Assembly: GCA_937907595.1 (NCBI GenBank)
Contig: CALCXL010000278.1
Coordinates: 1-31,251 of the forward strand
Length of the DNA stretch: 31,251 bases
Reading direction: 5' to 3'
Source: an uncultured Pseudomonadota bacterium
GTDB taxonomy: Bacteria > Myxococcota_A > UBA796 > UBA9615
The number at the start of each line of letters is the position of its first letter. Positions within the stretch are counted from its first letter, which is position 1. The position numbers and the translations under genes were made by a program. Below the pieces are notes generated by a model. The model searched no databases. It saw only the letters and a list, made by a program, of their open reading frames with translations, and was not told the DNA's origin. Of the stretch, positions 1-6,849 are shown piece by piece.

Positions 1-188
1 CGCATCTGCGCGCAGATCGGGGCCCATTCGCTAGATGGCTAAAGTCGAGTCTAGAGGGTCGCGCGCGCGTGAGCCGCTGTCAGGGTTCGACGGCGTCGCT
101 CAGAAAGGGCTTGAAGCGCCGATTCACGGTGTTAGCGTTTCCCCAGAGAACGCGCGGCCCCCGCCGCGTGCCCGGAGCGCCCGAGTCC

Positions 189-260
189 ATGTCCTGCTTC
201 CGTTCCCCCATCCAGTACCTGAACGACGGTCAGCCGACCGCGGGGGACGTGTGCACGTAG
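189..260 (+). CDS. Putative 23-aa leader peptide / small ORF (MSCFRSPIQYLNDGQPTAGDVCT)
   Basis: ATG 189, TAG 258-260; 20 of 22 sense codons after ATG end in G/C like the host genes; GGAG at 174-177; lies directly before a terminator. No homology evidence. Confidence 0.35.
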   Translation: MSCFRSPIQYLNDGQPTAGDVCT

Positions 261-284
261 GCTGAGCCAGCGACGCAAGCACGC

Positions 285-320
285 AAACCCCCGCCGGCCA
301 CCAGCCAGCGGGGGTTTTTT
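285..320 (+). terminator. Rho-independent terminator (possibly an attenuator)
   Basis: AAA-CCCCCGC (285-294) pairs with GCGGGGG-TTT (308-317), inner GGC/GCC pair, followed by T6 (315-320). Confidence 0.8.
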
Positions 321-417
321 CGTTCCGGAGCCTCGCTCCTTTCGCCCACCCCGGGCGCCCGACCCGAGCCACTGGGGGCTCGACGCCGGACGCCCTCCAC
401 CGACCGAGGAGGTCTTC

Positions 418-618
418 ATGTCCACCAAGATGCGACGCAACAAGCTCACCCTGTGGCTGCGGGGCCGTGGCCCCACCACGGTCAGCGAGGCCGCGGATCG
501 CTTCGACGTCTCCGAGCGCACGATCTTTCGGGATCTGGCCGCGCTCCGGGGCCGCGGAGTCCGCGTGCTGGGCGACCCGGGACGGGGGGGTGGCATCTGG
601 CTGCGCAAGGCAGCTTGA
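418..618 (+). CDS. Stand-alone winged HTH protein (HTH_11/DeoR-like; resembles the N-terminus of YafY/WYL regulators)
   Basis: SD GAGGAGG at 406-412; motif T-V-S-E-A-A-D-R-F-D-V-S-E-R-T-I-F-R-D-L-A-A-L and wing GRGGGIWL; 66 aa. Confidence 0.8.
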   Translation: MSTKMRRNKLTLWLRGRGPTTVSEAADRFDVSERTIFRDLAALRGRGVRVLGDPGRGGGIWLRKAA

Positions 619-679
619 TCCCCCTCCGATGCCGGATCAGTCGACCTCCCCTCGACCGATCGCGGCGACGAGCGCGTCC

Positions 680-721
680 GACCCGGCGTCCGTGGAGCCA
701 GCCTCCACGGGCGTCGCGGTC
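680..721. other. Long GC-rich hairpin downstream of the HTH gene
   Basis: GCGTCCGTGGAG (686-697) pairs with CTCCACGGGCGT (703-714, two G-T wobbles); extended by GACC/GGTC; no U-tract. Confidence 0.5.
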
Positions 722-832
722 GTTCCTCGCCTTCGACCTCATTGCCGCCGGCCAGGACGGGACGACGCAATCAGGCCCCCCTGGGTAGTATCGTCGCCGG
801 GAGCGGCGCGCCTGCTCCGCCCGGAGGGATCC

Positions 833-1267
833 ATGCGACTTCGACTCCTGACCCTGCTCACCCTGCTGGCCGCCAGCCTCAGCCCGGGGGCCGCGCCGGC
901 CCAGGACCTGGGGCCCGTCATCGTCGGCGGCGAGCAGCCCTGGCAGAGCTTCACGGGGACCATCTCCGCCAGCCAGACCCTGGATCTGTTCACGGTGCCG
1001 GCGGACCGCGCCTTCATCCTGACCGGCGGCTGCGTGCAGAACGGCACCAACGCCCAGGAGGTCGACCTGCTGCAGAGCGCGGCCACCAAGGTGGACGGCA
1101 GCACCACGATCCTGCTGTGCAACCCCGGAAGCGGCGCCACGTCCATGTTCGCGGCCGGCCGCGCGCACGTGCTGTTCCCCGCGGGCTCCACGGTGCAGCT
1201 CCAGGCCTCGGGCACGCTGTCCTTCAGCGCCGCCTACTACTTCGAAGGCTACCTGGCCCACCCGTGA
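833..1267 (+). CDS. Secreted hypothetical protein (144 aa, signal peptide)
   Basis: SD GGAGG before ATG 833; MRLRLLTLLTLLAASLSPGAAPA signal peptide; GC3-biased codons; stop overlaps next start (GTGA). Confidence 0.8.
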   Translation: MRLRLLTLLTLLAASLSPGAAPAQDLGPVIVGGEQPWQSFTGTISASQTLDLFTVPADRAFILTGGCVQNGTNAQEVDLLQSAATKVDGSTTILLCNPGSGATSMFAAGRAHVLFPAGSTVQLQASGTLSFSAAYYFEGYLAHP

Positions 1268-4200
1268 TCGCCCCCGGCCCGAGGACCGGCGCCCTGCTGC
1301 TGCTGCTCGCCACCCTGCTGGTGGGCTGCCGGGCGGAGCCGCCTTCGGGCTTTCAGGTCACCATCCTCCCCCCGCAGCCCCTGCCCTCGGACCCCCTGAC
1401 CGCGGTGCGCCTGGAGGAGTCGACCTCTCCCTCGGGCGATCCGGTGGAGTACAGCTACCGCTGGTTCCTGGACGGCGAGTACCGCGCCGACCTCACCCGG
1501 GAGACGATCCTGGCCACGGAGACGGGGGCCGGCGATCGCTGGCGCGTCTCGGTGATCCCCGTGGTCGACGGCGTGGAGGGCCCGCCAGCGGTGGCGGAGG
1601 TGGTGGTGGGGGACTTCGTGCTCGCGGACGAGGACGGGGACGGATACGACGTCACCGAGGACTGCGACGACGAGGACGAGCGCGTGCACCCCGGCGCCGA
1701 CGAGGAGTGCAACGGCGAGGACGAGGACTGCGACGACGAGATCGACGAGGGCTTCGACCAGGACGGCGACGGCGTCACCACCTGCGGGGGCGACTGCGAC
1801 GACGACGAAGCGACCGTGCGCCCCGGCGCCGACGAGCTGTGCAACGGCGTCGACGACGACTGCCAGAACGGCCCGGACTTCGACGGGAGCGGCGAGGTGG
1901 ACGCGGACGGCGACGGCTCCCTGTCCTGCGTCGACTGCGACGACTCCGATCCCGCGCTCCTGCCCACGGACGTCGACGGCGACGGCTACTCCTCCTGCGA
2001 CGGGGACTGCGACGACGCCGACGCGGCCGTCACCCCCGCGGACGTCGACGGCGACGGGTACAGCCTCTGCGACGGGGACTGCGACGACACCACGGCCATC
2101 TTGAACCTCACCGACGTCGACGGCGACGGCTCCACCTCCTGCGACGGGGACTGCGACGACACCGAGACCTCCATCCAGCCCGGGGCCGCCGAGCTGTGCA
2201 ACGCCGTGGACGAGGACTGCGACGGGTCCGTGGACGAGGGCTTCGACGTCGACGGCGACGGCTTCACCTCCTGCGGGGCCGACGGCGATCTGGCCACCGC
2301 GGACGACGACTGCGACGACGCGGACCCCGGCGTGACCCCCATCGACGGCGACGGCGACGGGATCACGGTCTGCGGCATCGACGGCCTGCTCGGCAGCGCG
2401 GACGACGACTGCGACGACGCGGCGGCGGACGTCGGCCCCTTCGACGCGGACGGCGACGGGGTGGAGGGCTGCTCGGGGGACTGCGACGACGGCGACGCCA
2501 CGGTCTTCCCCGGGGCGCTGGAGGCCTGCGATGCGGTGGACGAGGACTGCGACGGGGCGGTGGACGAGGGCTTCGACGGCGACGGCGACGGGACCACCGG
2601 CTGCGGCGCCGACGGCCAGTTCGGCTCATCCGACGACGACTGCAACGACAGCGACGCCACGGTGCTGCCCGGGGCGCCGGAGTTCTGCGACGGGGTCGAC
2701 AGCGACTGCGACCCGGCCACGTTCCCCCTGGGTGGGGAGCAGGACGCCGACGCGGACGGGGTGCTGGGCTGCGCGGACTGCGACGACACGGACGCCAACA
2801 CCTACCCGGGCGCCCTGGAGATCTGCGACGGCGTCGGCGACAACAACTGCGACGGCCTGCCGGTGACCGAGGACGTCGACGGCGACGGCGACCTCTGGTC
2901 CCCCTGCATGGGCGACTGCGACGACAGCGACCCCAGCCGCAACCCGGGCGCGCCGGAGGTGGGCGACAGCATCGACCAGGACTGCGATGGCGTGGTGGAC
3001 GAGGGCACGGACGTCTACGACGACGACGGCGACGGCCTCACCGAGCAGGACGGGGACTGCGACGACAGCTCGGTGGACGTGTACCCCGGCGCGCCGGAGA
3101 TCTGCGACGGCATCGGCGACAACAGCTGCGACGGCGTGGCCGATCCCGCCGACGCCGACGTCGACGCCGACACCGTCTCCCTCTGCCAGGGCGACTGCGA
3201 CGACAACGAGCCCCTGGCCTTCCCCGGCAACCCCGAGGTCTGCACCGACGCCATCGACAACGACTGCGACGGCGTGGCCCTGGACTGCGACGACCTGGAC
3301 GGCGACGGGGACGGCTTCACCCCGAACCAGGGCGACTGCGACGACGTCGACCCCAGCATCTTCCCCGGCGCCGCGGACAGCCCGCCCGACGGCATCGACC
3401 AGGACTGCGACGGGGACCCCGACGGCCCGGACACCTGGACCCAGCTCTCCCTCAACGGGGACGCCCTGCCCGCCACCACCGGCTCGGCCGCCGCCTGGGA
3501 CCCCATCAACGAGCGCATCCTGCTCCTGGGCGGTCGCACCTGGAACGACCTGCTGGGCGGCGTCTGGGCCATCGACCCCACGACCAACACCGTCACTGAG
3601 CTGGCGATCCCCGGCCCGTCCCCGTCCCCGCGCTATGGCCACAAGGTCGCCGTCGACGCCGCGCGCAGCCGCCTGATCCTGGTGGGGGGACGCGGAGCCC
3701 ACGACCTCTTCGACGACGTCTGGGCCCTGGATCTGAGCAGCCCCGGTGGCGCCTGGACCGAGCTGGTGCCCGCCGGTGACCTCTTCCCGCCCTGCTGGGG
3801 TCACAGCCTGGTCGCGGACACCGACGGCGATCGCCTGGTGCTCTTCGGCGGGCAGGGCTTCAGCGAGCTCTTCGGCTCAGTCTGGTCCCTGTCCTTCGAC
3901 CTGCTGGAGGACGGGGTCTGGGAGGAGCTGAGCCCCAGCGGCGCCGGGCCCGAGCCCCGCATGGCCCACGGCGCGGCCTGGGACGACGTCGAGCAGCGGC
4001 TCTTCGTGGGCGGCGGCCGCGCGTTCCACGACGCGCCGGAGGACCTCTTCGTCTGGCACGGCAACGCCGGCCCCGCGGGCTCCTGGACCCCCCTGGAGCC
4101 GGCCCTGGGGGTGCCCGACGGCGTCGCCGCGGCCGGTTGGGCCTGGGACCCGGTGGCCGAGCGCCTGCTGCAGATCGGCGGACGAGCCCCCCACGACCTG

Positions 4201-4395
4201 CTGCTGGAGCCCCAGAGCGTCGGCTTCCTCGAGGGCCTGCCCGGCGACTGGGTGGGCCTGTCCCCCGCCGGCTCGCCGCCGCCCGCGCACACGGCGGGCT
4301 CCCTGGTCTTCGACCCCGACGGCTACGCGCTGTACGGGATCGGCGGCACCCGCCACCACGGCCTGGTCGAGGGGATCTGGCGCCTGTCCTTCTGA
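1264..4395 (+). CDS. Lipoprotein with ~15 MopE-like (DCDD...PGA.E.C...D.DCDG) acidic repeats and a C-terminal Kelch-type six-bladed beta-propeller (1043 aa)
   Basis: GTG 1264 coupled to upstream TGA; lipobox LLVGC; DxDGDG/DCDD repeats; six GG-containing Kelch-like blades with Trp. Confidence 0.85.
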   Translation: MIAPGPRTGALLLLLATLLVGCRAEPPSGFQVTILPPQPLPSDPLTAVRLEESTSPSGDPVEYSYRWFLDGEYRADLTRETILATETGAGDRWRVSVIPVVDGVEGPPAVAEVVVGDFVLADEDGDGYDVTEDCDDEDERVHPGADEECNGEDEDCDDEIDEGFDQDGDGVTTCGGDCDDDEATVRPGADELCNGVDDDCQNGPDFDGSGEVDADGDGSLSCVDCDDSDPALLPTDVDGDGYSSCDGDCDDADAAVTPADVDGDGYSLCDGDCDDTTAILNLTDVDGDGSTSCDGDCDDTETSIQPGAAELCNAVDEDCDGSVDEGFDVDGDGFTSCGADGDLATADDDCDDADPGVTPIDGDGDGITVCGIDGLLGSADDDCDDAAADVGPFDADGDGVEGCSGDCDDGDATVFPGALEACDAVDEDCDGAVDEGFDGDGDGTTGCGADGQFGSSDDDCNDSDATVLPGAPEFCDGVDSDCDPATFPLGGEQDADADGVLGCADCDDTDANTYPGALEICDGVGDNNCDGLPVTEDVDGDGDLWSPCMGDCDDSDPSRNPGAPEVGDSIDQDCDGVVDEGTDVYDDDGDGLTEQDGDCDDSSVDVYPGAPEICDGIGDNSCDGVADPADADVDADTVSLCQGDCDDNEPLAFPGNPEVCTDAIDNDCDGVALDCDDLDGDGDGFTPNQGDCDDVDPSIFPGAADSPPDGIDQDCDGDPDGPDTWTQLSLNGDALPATTGSAAAWDPINERILLLGGRTWNDLLGGVWAIDPTTNTVTELAIPGPSPSPRYGHKVAVDAARSRLILVGGRGAHDLFDDVWALDLSSPGGAWTELVPAGDLFPPCWGHSLVADTDGDRLVLFGGQGFSELFGSVWSLSFDLLEDGVWEELSPSGAGPEPRMAHGAAWDDVEQRLFVGGGRAFHDAPEDLFVWHGNAGPAGSWTPLEPALGVPDGVAAAGWAWDPVAERLLQIGGRAPHDLLLEPQSVGFLEGLPGDWVGLSPAGSPPPAHTAGSLVFDPDGYALYGIGGTRHHGLVEGIWRLSF
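1627..3417 (+). repeat. Intragenic array of about 15 DxDGDG...DCDD units (MopE-related putative metal-binding motif)
   Basis: Counted in the translation; long (with C...D.DCDG) and short variants alternate. Confidence 0.85.
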
Positions 4396-4460
4396 AGTGG
4401 GTGCGGCTGGCGTTCTGAGGACCGGCCGGCTGGCCTTCCGGGGATCAGCCCGCGCTCGCC

Positions 4461-6587
4461 TCAGGGCTCCGTCGGCTCCGTCGGCTCGTCAGCGCCTTCG
4501 GGCTCCGCCGCCTCACTCTCGGGGTCCGTCGCCTCGCCTTCGGGGTCCACGCCTTCGGGCTCCGTCGCCTCGGCAGGCTCCGTCGCCTCGGCGGGCTCCT
4601 TCGCCTCCCCCGTGCCCTCGGCCCGGCCCCGGGGCTTCGGCGCCTCCTCCGCGTCGTCCTCCGCGTCTCGCTCGACCTCCCCGGCGCCGGCGGCCCGGCC
4701 CTTCGGCGTCGGCTCCTCCTGCGCGTCCGCGCGCCCCCGGGGCTTGCTCGCCCTGGGCGCCGTCTGTGCCGCGTCCTCGGGACGGAAGGCGTCCAGGTCG
4801 GGGCCGGCCTTGGGCGCCACCCCCACCACCAGGGTGATCACGCCGCCCAGGCCGGCCACGCCGCCGGCGATCGCCACCCCGGTCCAGCTTTGCTCCACCT
4901 GCACCACCTGGTCGTTCCAGGCCTGCCATGCGCGCTGTAGGCCGATCTGCGTGCTGCTGCCCAGCTCCGCCTCGTAGGTGGTGCGCAGGCTGTCCGCCTC
5001 CTGCTGCCCCTGCAGGGAGGCCACCAGGAAGCCGACGCCCACCCCCAGGCCGCTCAAGGCCAGCACCGCCGGGGGCACCGGCGCGGCCAGGGCGGCGCGC
5101 TTGCGGGCCTGGGACTGCCGTGACCAGGTCTGGAAGGACTGCTCGATGGCGTCCACGGCCGGCAGGCTGCGCCAGTCGAAGGTGGTGGCGCTGACGGTGC
5201 CGGGCTCCAGCAGGATGCGCATGGTGTCCGTGCCCAGCACCGGGTGCTCGACCACCAGCTCGCCGCTGCCGCCCAGCAGGGAGTCCAGGGCCTGGGGCGG
5301 GGCGATGCGCACGCCGGCGGAGGAGTCCAGGGCGCCCAAGGTGTCCGGCAGGGTCAGCTGGCGGACCTCGGCGGGGCCGGCCAGGGTCTCCAGGGTGAGG
5401 GTGACGGTGGCTCCGGCGGGCAGGCCCACCAGGGTGATGGCGGCGGGCGCCCAGGGCACCGGGTCGAAGTCGACGGTGGTGTCCGCGGCCAGCTCGATGG
5501 GCACCTCGACCACGCCGTGGGCGTTGCGGATCTCCGCGGTGATCTGCCCCGCCGTCAGCTTCGTGGTGGACCCCAGGACCCCCGGCGCGGCGTCGATCTC
5601 CGAGAAGAAGACGACCTCGCAGGGGCAGGTCGGCCGCGTCAGCGCGATGCTGCCCAGGCCGATCCAGCGCGGGGCCACCGCCATCGTGCGCCGCTCCTCG
5701 GGCACCAGGGGCTTGAGCACCTGGTCGATGGCCTCCAGGCCGCGGCCCCGCACCTCCAGCGTCATGTCCCGCCGGGTCGGCAGGTCCACGAAGCGCCGCG
5801 CGCCGCCGCTGTAGGGCTCCGACTCCACCACCTGATCGCCGATGCGCACCTGCACGCGCACCGCGGCGTCGGGGTCCGGCACCTCCACCGCCACCTCCAG
5901 CACGCCCAGGCTCCGCCGCAGCCCCTTCAGCGTGCTGATGATCGTGGAGTCGGCGCCGCCCAGGTCCACGTAGCGTCGGTAGGCCAGCGCCGCCTCCCGG
6001 GCCTCTCCGTCGCAGCGGGCCGCGTCGCCCACCAGCCGCCAGCCCTCGGCCACCTTCGGCGCCGCGTCCACCAGCTCCACCGCCGCGCTGCGCGCCACCA
6101 GGCACTGGCCAGCGGACAGCGCCTTCTCCACCCGCGTGATGTAGGGCTGCGGGTCCACGGGCGGGCGGCTCACCGGATCAGGCTTGCGGGTCCGCCCGAC
6201 GCTCATGCGCCCGCTGGTGTTCTTGCCCGCAGCCATGTCGGCCTTGATGGTCTCCTCGGCCGCCTTCGCCTCGTCCATCGCCTTGCCCTTGGGGGCGAGC
6301 TCGGCGTAGGCGCCCAGCAGCGTCAGCGCCAGCTCGGACGAGCCCAGGCCGTGGTAGGCCATCGCCTTGACCACCAGGGCTTCGTAGAGGACGGGGTTGA
6401 GGCGGAACGCGGACTCGGCGGAACGCACGGCCTTCTCGAAGTCCCCCGAGGCGATCTCTGCCCGCGCGAACTCCAGCTGACGGACCGCCTCCTCCTCGGG
6501 CCCGGCCATCGCCACCGACAGCGTCGGGCCCACGGGTGCCCCGACCGCCGCCGTGAGGACGGAGAGGGCGATCGCCGCGCTGCGCAT
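4461..6587 (-). CDS. Secreted/membrane TPR-repeat protein with PEGA-like beta-rich middle, two Gly-rich hydrophobic segments and an acidic E/P/A tail
   Basis: ATG 6587 (or GTG 6605) followed by a signal-like stretch; TPR-like helices (GDFEKAVRSAESAFRLNPVLYEALVVKAMAY); EPAEAT/EPEG repeats at the C-terminus. Confidence 0.75.
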   Translation of the reverse strand: MRSAAIALSVLTAAVGAPVGPTLSVAMAGPEEEAVRQLEFARAEIASGDFEKAVRSAESAFRLNPVLYEALVVKAMAYHGLGSSELALTLLGAYAELAPKGKAMDEAKAAEETIKADMAAGKNTSGRMSVGRTRKPDPVSRPPVDPQPYITRVEKALSAGQCLVARSAAVELVDAAPKVAEGWRLVGDAARCDGEAREAALAYRRYVDLGGADSTIISTLKGLRRSLGVLEVAVEVPDPDAAVRVQVRIGDQVVESEPYSGGARRFVDLPTRRDMTLEVRGRGLEAIDQVLKPLVPEERRTMAVAPRWIGLGSIALTRPTCPCEVVFFSEIDAAPGVLGSTTKLTAGQITAEIRNAHGVVEVPIELAADTTVDFDPVPWAPAAITLVGLPAGATVTLTLETLAGPAEVRQLTLPDTLGALDSSAGVRIAPPQALDSLLGGSGELVVEHPVLGTDTMRILLEPGTVSATTFDWRSLPAVDAIEQSFQTWSRQSQARKRAALAAPVPPAVLALSGLGVGVGFLVASLQGQQEADSLRTTYEAELGSSTQIGLQRAWQAWNDQVVQVEQSWTGVAIAGGVAGLGGVITLVVGVAPKAGPDLDAFRPEDAAQTAPRASKPRGRADAQEEPTPKGRAAGAGEVERDAEDDAEEAPKPRGRAEGTGEAKEPAEATEPAEATEPEGVDPEGEATDPESEAAEPEGADEPTEPTEP

Positions 6588-6662
6588 CCGGTTGGTCCCT
6601 GCCACGGCGGCAGTCTATCCCCGCCCGGAGGAGCGCGCCGCCGACGGCGGACCCTGGGCGAC

Positions 6663-6678
6663 TGTTCCACGGGGAACA
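6663..6678. other. parS-like site TGTTCCACGGGGAACA
   Basis: 15/16 match to the palindrome TGTTCCACGTGGAACA; intergenic. Confidence 0.7.
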
Positions 6679-6849
6679 TTGCGCGGACCGCCGATGGAGT
6701 CCCGCTCCTTCCGGGGGTCCAGGGAACGTCGACAGGTCGCCGATTCCGGGCTCGCCCACGCGCTCGATCGAGGGCCTGCGCCGCGGACAGCCTCCATCAG
6801 AATGGACCCGTTCGGTTGACGTCTCCCCGGTTCGGCCGGACCATGCGGC

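Noticed and set aside
1-42. Possible 3' end of an upstream gene (RICAQIGAHSLDG*)
   Set aside because: Thirteen codons are too few to support or identify a CDS.
50-180. Resemblance to a lysine riboswitch (AGAGG...GAAAGG...GCCGA...GGAGCGC) and to the tmRNA 5' end (GGTTCGACGG)
   Set aside because: Loop-E AGUA and the CUGGG/ACUGUC elements are missing; no tmRNA acceptor stem, tag ORF or proper length.
150-250. Cobalamin-like GCGGCCCCCGCC, TPP-like ACCTGA, and minus-strand FMN-like GGATGGGGGAA / SRP-like GGAAGCAG fragments
   Set aside because: Only isolated short motifs; the other required elements of each family are absent.
619-832. Possible frameshifted WYL-domain remnant after the HTH gene
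   Set aside because: No forward frame resembles the YafY linker or WYL domain.
1627-3417. Repeat array considered as CRISPR or a DGR template/variable repeat
   Set aside because: Repeats are in-frame protein repeats with synonymous divergence; no spacers, cas genes or reverse transcriptase in the window.
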